Of a stretch of DNA of 64,000 nt, positions 36,701 through 48,700 are shown in pieces. The position numbers and the translations under genes are program-made. Each line of letters starts with the position of its first letter. The first letter of the stretch is position 1. The notes below the pieces were generated by a model that saw only the letters and a list, made by a program, of their open reading frames with translations, had not been told where the DNA came from and did not search any database. This stretch comes from Amoebophrya sp. A120 (Eukaryota > Protista > Dinoflagellata), in contig CAJINV010000005.1 of the NCBI GenBank assembly GCA_905178155.1, forward strand, positions 4,133,556 through 4,197,555. The letters run 5' to 3'.

Positions 36701-39700
36701 TTCGACCTTCTGCGCCATGTTCGTGTCAATCACCTCCTGTTCCCGAAAATATTGTATGTGAGTGCCCGTGTACACGAACCCAGATTCAGCCGAGGACCAA
36801 TTTTCTAACCCAAAGCGATCCCGCATCTCCTTCGCAAATTTTCCGAATCCGTCCGAAGTTCCTGCAAACAGGACGTCGCCAACGTGCAGTCCAATTCGAT
36901 CTTTACCACGGACGAAGATGCAGGGGCTGTTCGGAGAGACTCGGAATCCGATGGAGAGGAGGTGCTGCGAAGTGGTTCTATACCATAGCAACGCTGCCTC
37001 CTTCAACCCGTGCAAACTTATGTTCATAAGTAGCACGGTCCCGGGTCCTATGCCGAGTCTGCTTTTCAACTCCCGCAGGACGTCCGGCTGTGTCACGTTG
37101 CTGGGGAAATAGAACCTCGGACGGTTCTCCTCTTTAAGCCTGACACTTTTCAAGAATGCTCTTGGTACATCCCCCGAGCGAATGCGTCGGCTTTTGTTCC
37201 GGATGTGACGCAAGACATTCAAAATGAGGCTGAGGCCGTGTTCTCCCATCGTTGGCGACTCTGCCGCTGTGCTGATGCTACTGCGATGTCCACCTGGTAC
37301 CACCCTAATGGCAACTTTGTAGTGCCATGGTGTGACAAGTTTCAAATCGCAGAGCGCACGCCCCGGAAGGATTCGCTCCGATGAGCACAGCTTTCCTTCA
37401 GTCCACACTTCCACCAAGTTTTCGTCAAACATCTGCCCCCACTCTTTGTTGTGGCCCTTGACCAAGAGTTTTGGAGCGGCGAGACCCGACGGACTTTCCA
37501 CAAAACTGTGATCGACGTCCGGATACTTGAGTGGGCCCTGGATGCGACGGACAACTTCGGGGTGCCTGCTGCTGTTCCTGTCAAAGATTGAAAGCAATCC
37601 CAGGTCTTCGTAGCTGAGGTTCGGGACCAGGCTCCACATGATGATCCTCAAACACTTCCCACCGCCAGCAGCAGCGTGCTCCTCCTTGCTGTGCACAAAA
37701 TCGATCTTGTGGTAGTTCCGCGCCGCAATAAATTCCTTCTGCAGCTCGGGCTTGTCAAGCGGCCTGCGTTCCTCTGGAGGAGCCCACCCGTCCATGACCT
37801 TGATGTCCTTCGCAGTGATTTGGATGCCGTCGATTTTGTTATACATCGTATGCGTGACCAGTTGGCTCAGCATGTCGTCCTCTTTCAAGATTCCAGCGTC
37901 TGCGTGCTGCAATACCTTGTGGACTGCTCGGCGATGTCCTCGCTTTGGGAATGTCATCACTTCTACCATCTCTGCGAACTCGCTTGGAATTTCATTGCTT
38001 TCATCATCGCCCTGATCTTGTTCTGCTTCTTTCAAGATATGCATGGTGGATGACCCCAGGTTCTCACGTGCAGCCGCTACTTCTTGAACCTGTTCCGTGA
38101 CATTCACAAAACCAACACTCTCGAGAAGATCATCCTCGCCGCCTTCTTCCTCTCGTTCTAGGATAGCATCGTCTTCCCTGTTGATATTTGCGCCACCTTG
38201 ATCGTCCTGGAGAAAGTCGACGTCGTCAAAATTGTTTTCTCCCATCGCTGGTTCCTCGTTTTCGTCATCTTCCAGCGCAAGAGGATCGGCATTTTTGCGC
38301 TTTCGCTTGCTACCCACTCCCCGGGGGTCGGAAAGAACAAAGAAAGGACCGCGCTCGTGCGTGGAAGCTTTCTCGCGATGGATTAACTCGTCTCCATACT
38401 CCTCTCGCTTTGCCAAATTGCGACGCTGGGCTTCAAAAATTTTACCTCCTCTTTTAAAATCCAGCTCACAGAGCGGCTGCAGGCTTGTTGGAACGTCGCA
38501 GAAGGTGCCAAGGTTGTGCTGCGGGCTAATACGGTTCTCCTTTGCCGTCTGTAGTCCGCGTTTGGTCTGGATCACGTAGTCAGTTCCAGATGCACCCTTG
38601 TTCGTGTTCTTTTGGAAGATGGGGCTGACGGTATCGACGCCATGCATGTGCGGGCTGTGAGCGTTCACATACTCCCCGACCTGCATGTCTTCGCGATTAG
38701 CTGATCGAAGCCGCGCGCGACAGTTCGCGATAATTTTGCTTACCGCATCCACGTAGGATTTTTCGCACTGCATGCTCATCAGCTCGCCGAAGATTCGGGC
38801 TCGCGCTTCGTTTAAGTGTTGGATCGTGTACTCGAGATCCCCTCCGGTGAAGGTGTGCACCGCCACCGCGGCGTCGTCGGGATGAGTTGCAAGCGTGTCT
38901 CGAGCGGTTTCAATTCCCCACCATTGTTCATTTGGCGACCGACCATGGAGCCCGGTGGAAGAAGCATTTCCCAGGCACTCGCTTGCCTCGTTGAACAGCA
39001 CGCGCAGCGTCATCCTCGCGAACGATGGAACTCTTCTCAGTCTCTTCGTGATTGTTTTTAGTGCGAGAATTCTCCGCTCGATTGGGTACACTGGCGCTCC
39101 GGTGGGTAGAGTGTACACTTCCCGCCCGCTGTTCGAGAGGGGAGTCCAGTCTTCCAGTCCAATGCTCTCCATCCCCGCGCCCGCGTAGATCTTCCTCCTG
39201 ATCAATTTCAAACTTAGGAAGAAGCACACGGCTCTGACGATGTCGGATTTCGTCGGGGACGCACCGCCGTTAAACAGACGTTCGCCAAATTCGGTGAAAA
39301 GGTTGATCATCACACCGCCACGAAGCTCATCTTTCTCCTCTTCGGTGAGTTTCGAGCGTGCAGTCAGCCCCTCGAGTTTGAACTTTGTCCCGCAGACAAA
39401 AGCTCCAGACCTCTTGTCCGGAAGCGAGAGACACACAATGACCACGCACACGATTCCGCTTTCGGTCACGAAACGCGTGTCGATCAGAGTAACGCCTCCC
39501 CGCATGCCTGCAACGCACGGGTCCCACCCGGTCAACGCCTTGTTGCGTTTGGACAGTCCAAATTTTAACCCTGCCATCGAGTCCCGTCTTACAATCGCCA
39601 CAAGCTCGCCCAGTTCCTCCTGCCCGACCGTGTGCAGTCTCTTGCGACACAGGTCGTAGCACTGTTTCTCACTTCCGACTTTTCCAGTGAGATACAGAAT

Positions 39701-42700
39701 CTCTTGGATTGCCCGAAGTTTGCTGCGGTGCTCTTTCTTCACGAACCTGAAGCAGGAAAGAACCGCACCAGCCCGGAGTTGCTCTTCCTCGCTATACCGG
39801 ATAGCTGTTCCGTCATTGAGGAGGGTGTACTCATGGGCGAAGAGCTCCTTTGCGGTTGAGGAATGGAAAACGACGCTCGATCTTCCGGCTCGCTTGATTC
39901 TTTCACCGACCGCGACGCTTAGACCAACTCCAGTGCCATCGATCAGGATGAGCTTGCGTCTACTGTGCTCGCGCAGCATCGTGATCTTGTCGGAGATGTA
40001 GTTTTTGTCGATGCTGTCGATGAGTTCCTCGCTGAAGCCGGTACGAATCTTCTTCTCGGTCATATCCCGAGCAAGATCGGGGAACGAGTTTTTCACCTCT
40101 TGTAGCTCAGGATCTTCATCGACGTGGATTCTGAATCCAATCCCGCGCACTGGTTCGGGTAAGTCATCGATGGTTCTGCAGGTAAAAACTCTCACTCCTT
40201 CGAGAGCTCGCGGCTGTCGGAGACGGAGCGACCCGCTCTCTTCGTTTTCTGCCTTGACTTGCTTCACATTCCCGGTCTGCACACCTGGCCCTATTTCGCC
40301 ATAGTCAATTGCTTCTTCGAATTGTACAGCAGCCTCGTGGCATTCGTCGGATATTTTTCCCCGAAGACGAACAGCTCGCTCCCGTGCTTTTCCTTGTAAA
40401 GCGCCGCCGTCGTCTGCCACGTGAAAGTAGTAATCAATACTGATGTACTTGAACTTTCCTCCGGGAACTGTGGGCTGGGACTGGATGAGGTCACTTCGAG
40501 AATAATCGTTTACTAAATCTCGAACTGCCCGCTCCTGACGCTGTATGTCGATTACTCGACGCAGCCTCACCCGCTCTCTCAGCCACTCGGGCGTAAGAGG
40601 AACTTTTGTCAGGCCGAAGTCGACGACTCGGTAGACGGCGTAACCCCCGCGGTCTCCGTTTCTTTTCAGTTGCGCGGTGCTGACACGGAAGATGTTTTCT
40701 CGACTGACTTTTAGGCTGTTTTCATTTTCCAGCTGAACTTGAGGTGGTGGATCCCTCCAGCTGCGGCTCCCGCCAACCTGGTTTGCGCCCACCTCCTCGC
40801 AGACGAGAAATTCAAGAAGGATATCTCCGTGGCACTTGTTTGGTTTGCAAAAGCACCCGAGTGCTTTTCCTGCTAGTTCCGTCTTTGCATCCTGATCAAA
40901 TCCTCGCTCGATGCACCACTCGCGGCACTGCTCGCAAACCTCCTGCCGTGACTCACCATGCGCCCCAACTCGAAAAGGATTCCCCCACTTGCAGTTCTTC
41001 CCGCGCCCGATGTAGCCGTGATCTTCGCTCTCGTCGAGCCACTTCTGGATGCTCTTCCAGTTGTTCCAGCTGCACCCCAGTGAATGGAGATTCACCGCAG
41101 TTGTTTTCCTAGGTGCAGTTGCTTTGCTGTTTTCGCAGGCTACAGCGAGATCGACGCCACGGTCAAACATGCGGAGCGCCATCGCTTCCTCTTGTGCACG
41201 GAAGGGCTCGCGCGGATTTTCGACGACGTGGCTGACCTGTTCAGAAACAAGGCGTGACTTTTCCTGGTAGAGTTTTTCGCGCCGAGTCTTTTCTTTGTAC
41301 TGTTTTACAGTATTTGGATCGCAGTCGTAGAGGGCCGTCTTTGAACCTTTCGGCTTTAGCTTCGACGCGAATATCGGCCTGCCCCAGCTCTCCTGCGGAT
41401 GCTCTTGTTGCATTTTCTGAATCACAGCGCAATCTTCTGGCTCGAGGTCGAAGCTTCGGAGATACGCCTGATTCTCGCCGGAGAACTCTACAAGCTCGCT
41501 CCCGTCGTGACCCTCGAAGATCTCAGGTCTTCCGGGCTTCAGTACTACCGTGAAGTAGCACCTCTTGCGCATCGATCACCCAGGGCCGCGCCTTGCGGGG
41601 CTCTTGCTATATTTCGCCTAAAAAAAATCCAGGCTTGAACCTTTTTGGCGCCGGCCTGCACCCGGTGCAGCACCCCAAAGACGACGCCGACAAAAAGAGT
41701 CGGGACAAAAGCCAATCCCAGAAGCGCGTCCTGCTGCCGCTCCAATGAACTCCTTCTCAACCCGGAAGGAGAACAACAAAAAGCACCTCGACTTCGAACC
41801 ACCGAAGCCACCCCCAAAGAAAAACACCCAAAAACAACAAACACTTCGCCCATGGAGGGAGGAATCCTCCCAGGCCTTATTCATGCAGACCCCACCCACA
41901 CGTCGCTGGGATGCCCCATCCCGGAACCCAGATATTCCCCACCCCACCCAAGATCACAAAACAGGGAAGCCCCGCCGCTTATGTTTTGGCCTTATATTTT
42001 TCCCTTATGTTTTTGTCTTATTGTAAGCATGATCAAGAATTTGTTCTTGACAAGCATCCCGATCTGAATTGACTAAATTGAAATCACGATGTAAATCACG
42101 ATGCTACGATGATGATTCAAAATGAGGTCTCATGAACATTGATTTGCATGAGACCTCATTTTGAATCATCATCGTAGCATCGTGATTTACATCGTGATTT
42201 CAATTTAGTCAATTCAGATCGGGATGCTTGTCAAGAACAAATTCTTGATCATGCTTACACTTATATTTTTCCCTTATATTTTTCTCTTATATTTTTCCCT
42301 TATATTTTTGTCTTATAATTCTGTCTTATATTTCTGTCTTATATTTTCCCCTTATAAATTCTCTTATAAGTCCCGCCTATCGACCCCGAATCACGACCGC
42401 TTTATTCCTTATAAAATTTCTTATAATTCTCTTATCCGGTGGCATGAAGGATTCCTTACTGAAATCAGTAAGGAATCCTCCATGCCTCGGAATTGGCGAA
42501 TTATAAGGAACAATTATAAGGAATAAAGCGACGTCGTTAGTGGGTCGATAGACGGGACTCGAAGAGAGCCCAACGCTGACCGCCCCTGCGGAGCACGTTG
42601 CGTTGTTGTCATTTCACGCGGAGATGACAACAACATGCCGAGGACGCTTCATCCGATGTTTGACATGCAACGAGCTGGTCTTGACCACCAGCGCTCCCTT

Positions 42701-45700
42701 CATCCCATACCACAAATCCATCTGGATTTCCGATCGTATTGCCGCGGGAGACAATACGATGGGAAAAATGACTGCAAGACCCCCCAGAGACACACATATC
42801 CCACTCCCATGTGTAAGCGCCACCCGATCCCGGAGAGAAAAAGCGAGAGCATATGGCCAAGGCCTAGCCAGACGGGCGCGGCAACACCAAAATATCAGCG
42901 CCAAATGCGAACGGGGGCAGATGGGTCCACCATTTTGCCCTAAAGTCCAAAGAAAACAGGAGAACAAAAACGGGGCGCCACCACAAAGGGAAGAAAACAG
43001 CAAAAGGCTTCTGCCCTTGGCACCTGCAGCAGCGGCAGAGCACAAAAAACGAAAACCCAGAAATTTTATAGGCATTCGATAAGCCGCCCGGCGCAGCGGC
43101 CGGCCCTGGGTGACATCGACATTCCGAAAAGGTTCGGTCCTTCACGGGTGACGGTCGCCTTTTCCATCCCGAGTGCGTACGTCCGCCCTGCTGTATCGCA
43201 GATTTTGCACGGCACTGCTATCCTCTTCAGGATGCTTCGCTGCGCACCGCCGATTCCGCGTGCTACTTCAACAGACAGCTCATCTTCTGGTAAAGTAATC
43301 CCGTGTCTTTCTGCTCTTTCAATGCAGGAAGCACAGGTCAACTCGGTGAGGTAGAGACTCACGCTGTAGCCATCATCGAGCTGGATTGTAAACTTTTCGA
43401 TCGTGAAGAGTACTTCGTCTTTGTCGTTTTTGGTCTCGGTTTTGCCTCCGGTTGCCAAAATGGTCGCGCCGTCAGCTTCTGACTCTTGGTTTGCCAAAGT
43501 GGTGTCACGTGGTACTATTTCTGCCAAAATGGCACGAGAGATGACGGGACTACTTTCTTCAATTTCTTTACTGATAAAGTCACTGCGCCGCTCCGCGAGA
43601 ATTTGTTCGATAATCGTCTCGACGTTGTTGGAAATGCTGTAGGAATTTTCGTCGAGTCCGCGGTCGGTAGAGGAAAACAAAGCTCGACGTAGTGCAAAGT
43701 TGACAAATTCGCGAAGGTCAACTTTTTCGCTTGCAAGTTCGGCAACACCCTTGCTGTTTTCCGGTTCTTCTTCTCTCGTAACCGGAGAACTCAAAACTGA
43801 AACACTTTCGCTGTCCTGCGTTGAGTTTAGTGGCTTCCGCTGTGGCCCGCCTGGAAACCCTCCCGGACCGGAAACGCCAACTCCTGGCTCATCTCGTTGC
43901 GACCGAAAGTTTCCGCGTTGTAGTAAATCGACTCCCTCTCCTTCACCGGATCTTCCTTCATGCTCAGGGCAAAAGCACGCTCAGAATCGTCCTTCTTGAT
44001 CACGGAGAAGAGCACGGTGTCGATATCTCCACTTCCCAGCGCCTCGACGAGGATGGAGAGCTACTTTTTCTTCAATGCTGGACTTGAGGAATTTTTCCGA
44101 TTGCAGCAGCGACGTGACCGGCTCAATCACTTGCCCCGCTTGGATCTTTTTCTTGAAGAGGTGGCAATCCTTCTTTATGTGCTCGGGGGAGAAGCACAGA
44201 CCACACACCTTCGCTTCGTATGGACAGTCGTCCGCTCCGTGCTCTGTCGAGAGACACTTACGGCAGGCGCAGCGCTGGTTGTTCTGATTGTTCTCCCACT
44301 TTCCGGCGTACTTCTGGTTGTTGGCTGGCCATTTTCCGCGCGGCTTTTTCGGATCAAGCGGGTAGCTGCTTCTCGGATTGGTTTTCGCGGCCAGAACCAT
44401 TTCGCTTCCTGGTCCGAAAGTTCCAGCAACAGAAGTCGGGATGGCCGCCCCCGCCTCTTCACAAATCGGAAAAACTTCTTCTTTTGCCATGCCGATGTCG
44501 CGGACGGTCGACTCATCATTTCCTGGCTGCAGAACACCCACACTTTCCCGCATGTTCAAGTAGTTGATGAACTCTTCCAGGTACGGCACCTCTAGGGTTG
44601 CAAAACCGGGCGCCATCATGAAGCTCATTGTCAACTCGATGGGGAAGTTGTTTACCCGTGGGCTTTCCTTGTTCTGGCACTTGGTGATGAAATCTTCCCA
44701 CACACGACGCCGCTCGCGATGGTCGTCCGGGAAGGGGTTCGCGCCAGCATCCTGGGCAACATCCACATACCGCATCAGACCCTGTTTCGGATCTTCGCCC
44801 TTTTTGAAGTAAAAGCTCTTGCACTTCTGCGCCTCGATGCGGTTCCGCACAAAACCAGCCGGGTACGCGAGGCACATCGCTTCGGACAGGTTGGCGAAGG
44901 TGTAGGCTTCGCGGAAGTTGCGCTTGAAGTAGAAGCGACGGGCCTTCTCCTTCATGGACTTCGGCGCGCAATGATAGAACTTGGAAACTTTCGCCCGATC
45001 CGCGTCGATCTCGAACAACATCTCTTCGATGATTCCGTGTTCGTTTCTCGACGGGACAAACAATCTGCCCTCGCTGCGCTTGTTATCGTCCCGGACCAAT
45101 CCCATCAAGTACTCCTCGAGGGATTCCAGCCATCCGCACAAAGCACAGCTTTCTTTGACGGTCGGCGCGGGCAGATCCGGCATTCGGTCCTTGATCAGGA
45201 GCCGACATTCGGGCGGAACACCAACAGGATCACCACTCTGCTCCTTGTAGGCGGATTCGACAGTCAACTTCGTGAAGAAGAATTTTTCTGACCGCACTAC
45301 TCCGTCGCGACGGGTCCCGACAGGCAGGAGAGATTCTGCAATTCCGGGCATCTTGGGTGCCTGGATTTGGTAACCCCCGGACTGCATCATTCCCTTTCCG
45401 CCGAAGTTTCCCCCGGCACTGCTAACGCGACGGTCGAATCCAAAGTTCCCACTGGCAACTCCGGCGACACTAGGTCCTTTTCATTTCCTCCAAATCCCCC
45501 GCCCATGTCGTACTGACCCTGGTACAGGAACGGGCTGCTTCCGTAGTTTGCAAAACCGGTTCTCGTTTTTCCTTTCCCGGCAAACTGGTCGCCTTTCCCG
45601 TGTCCGTGTCCAGCGTAGGGATTGGAGTTGAAGTTTCCCCCGTACTTGCCGTATCCGGCGGTCGACCCTTCAGCACTCCCGCCATTTGCCCACCACTGTT

Positions 45701-48700
45701 GCTGGTTGTTTGCAGTGGCTGCGGCGGCCTGCGCCTTGTAGTTCGAGAGGAACTGCCTCAAGCGCTCCTGACGTTCCGACTCCTCTCTGGTGTCCGGGTT
45801 GAACAGCTTCTTAGCGAAGTCAGGTGCTTTCTCTTCCTCTTTTTCTTCCGGGATGGTTTCATGGATGATGACGCTCTTTTTCTTGCTGTATTTCTCATCC
45901 AAGGGCGTCGCCATGCTGGAGAGCGAGGACTCAGCATCATCATCCTCTTCTTCATTCGGGATGATGTTTTTCCAGTCCACTGCGTCCTCACCAGAAGAAG
46001 AGGAAGCCTGGATCTGCTCCAATTCGTTCACCCGGTCGACGCTTTTCCTTTTCTTCGTCGCGCCGGATCCTTCCTTGAGGAGCTTGATTTCTCTCGCCAT
46101 TTCCTGGAAGGCAGTGGCGAACTGTTCTTTTTCATTTTTCTGGAGAATGGTTTGACTTTCCAAATCCTGCGCAATTTGCGCCAGCGCAGCAATATCCTTT
46201 TGCTGCTTGATCATGTTCTGCCCATGCCCCTGCAGCGTCTGGCCAACACCACCAAAACGGTTCAAGATTTGCTGTCCGTCAGCTTGTAGCTGTTGCGCAG
46301 TCGTGTTTCCCAAAGAAATCATCTCCTGCTGCTGCTGGTGCAGGAATTGGCTCTGCTGTTGCAGTTGCGCCGCATTGTTGTTAATGTTCTGCTGCTGCTG
46401 GTTTAACTGCATTGCGGCGCTGCCAAGCTGTTGCTGCTGCTGATTTAACTGCGCAGCGGCTTGACCCAGCATCTGACTCTCCTGCCCGATTCTCATGGCT
46501 GCTTGATTCATCTGCATGACAGTCTGGTCCTGTTGATTCTGCAACTGGAACGCAGCTTGTCCGAGAATTTGGGTTCTTCCCTCCAGCGTCGTTCCGATCA
46601 CATTGTCCCAGTAACTGGGCTGCCCGGCGTTCGCTGGGATGGCCGATCCATTTTGCCACTGCAGACCTTGCTGATTGTAGAACTGCATGAGACCGGGACT
46701 GTTCGAGATCTGCATCTGCAAGTTGTTTCCTGCAGACGAATTAACTCCATTATTTCCGCGGACGGGGATGTCGCTCGCTGGACTCGCGACGTTCGCGACC
46801 ATCCTGTTCTGCTCGTTCAGAACAAAGGCCGCGCCGGCTCCGAGCGGGAGTCCGCCGCTCGTAGGTGCTGGCGTTGCTACTCGCCATTCCGTTTCCCCGA
46901 GTGTAGACGATTGGGCTCAGTTCGTAGGGGAGGATCTTCTCTCACAGTAACCGCAGTTGTCGTCGTCTGGACGGCGGACGTAGACGGTTGGAGATACAGC
47001 CTCTTTTTCCGCTACCACTGCAGAAAGCGGCACACTCTCCTCTGGAAACAGATCTTTGTTGGAATTTCGTTGACGAATCACGAGCGAATTCTGGAACCGT
47101 AGGAACGTGGAACAGTTTATTTTCACCGGACGGAATTCGGAGTCATTGACTTTACGCGATCACGCGTGAAGTATTTACTTCGGGACTTATTTCGTGGTTG
47201 GTTTGTTTACAAATTGTTACACAATTTGGGACCTTGAGCCCGCAGTGGAGCACACGCGTTGTCTGTGGAAATTCCATTCAGAATTGTTTTCAGAAGAAGC
47301 AAAAAAGCACGAGACGACGTTTCGCATGATGAAGAAGAAAACGGCACGAATAAACAGAAATCCGATTTGCGATTTGCATTTCAAATAAACGATTTGTCCG
47401 AGCGTTTTCCTTTTCACTCTCGAGTCTCTCAGTCACGTTTTCCACTCGACGCGAAGACTATGTTCAGAAGAACAAATCAACAATATTGAATGGTCCGTCT
47501 GATTCTGATATGCGGACCCAAGCATTCCAAGATTTGCGAGCGATTTCCAATGCCTATCCTGCACCACAAGAAGTTGGCTTTTTCCTTCGTCACAAATGTG
47601 CAGCTCTATTGGTGGTCATGCACGATAGATTTTTGCGTCCTCGAGAAGTACTAGCCTCACATCAAGTTTTCATGTTTATTCCAGACCCAGACATACTTGT
47701 TTGCAATGGATAGATTTCGACGCGGCGACGACAGATAGTTTGCAGTCGATCCACCGCTGACAGGCGGTGGCGGCGCCACCACCGCCCACGCGTGCTTGGG
47801 TTGCGTTTTCGTGGTCTTCGGCGAAACAAGTGCCGCGAAGGAGGTGCCTCTAGCATTTTGATCTCGGACACTGGGGTGCAGAAATTTTGTCCCGAGACCA
47901 GTAAGGTCGGGAATCGGCGAGAGACCAGCCGTGGTTTCCGCGAACAGACCTGTTCTTGGAGATGTCACCACTTCTAAATCCGATCTGTTGTTGTGCGTTC
48001 CTGTTGAAGTAGTGTCGAAGATAGACGACGCAAGAAAGTTTGGGTCGTTCAGTGGCCGAGGGTACGACGTCTTGCTCCCGATACCGGCGCCCACAGTTGT
48101 AGTCGAATCACCCTCGTCTAGCAACTGCGCAAGTTTTTCCCGCTGCTCGCTGATGGATTGGAATATGCTGTCGAACGTGAGGGTCGCGTTTATTGGGGCC
48201 AGTTCGGGGTTACGCCCGGAGTAGTACCGTTCGGTCGACCCGGGAACGGTTGTCATCAAACTTGTTTCGTACTCGGAGGCTGGTGCCGGTGGGCCGTGAC
48301 TACTAGGACCCTGCTGGCCAGCCCCAACAGAGGCGGAGCTGCTGGTTGCCCTACCGGGCCCGGAAGTAGTAGTTCCTGCGGATACACGTTGTCCTACGTG
48401 GTGCTGGTGCGTCCTCTGCTGTTGTTCGACGCCTGTGGCAGATGCAGGTGGAGCTCCAGTTCTACCTGCGCTCGTACCGCTCCCGCTTGTTGAGCCAACT
48501 AGCGTCGAACTGGAGGTTGTTCCCTTGTTCATCATGCCACCTGCTTCCGTACTCGGACGGAATTCCAAAGGTTTCTCCTTCAGCGCCTCGGCAACTTCGT
48601 CCGTAAACTCGACCGAACCCGGGTCGTTGTCGATGGACTGCCTTCGCAGCAACACACTCTGCCGAAAACTGCGGGCATTCACCACTTTAGGCTGTTGCTC

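Larger units (their letters stand above)
34295..47482 (-). mobile_element. Ty1/copia-type LTR retrotransposon, 13.2 kb, decaying copy
   Basis: TG..CA LTRs of 460 and 464 bp; TSD ATAT; primer-binding site; gag CCHC knuckles; putative IN-RT-RNaseH order with copia motifs. Confidence 0.95.
34215..47712. mobile_element. Family-A TIR introner split by the LTR retrotransposon
   Basis: Left TIR TATC..TTGCAAATACGTCTGGGTCT..GGAA at 34215; right TIR TTCCAGACCCAGACATA..TTGCAATGGATA ending at 47712; TSD GACTC/GATTT; about 310 bp without the retroelement. Confidence 0.85.

Noticed and set aside
45385-45392. Programmed stop-restart (ATGA overlap) between the two gag ORFs
   Set aside because: The second frame is already open and G/K-rich for 30 codons upstream (KGPSVAG..GGNFGGKG), which points to a 1-nt deletion near 45481. 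There is no in-frame slippery heptamer.
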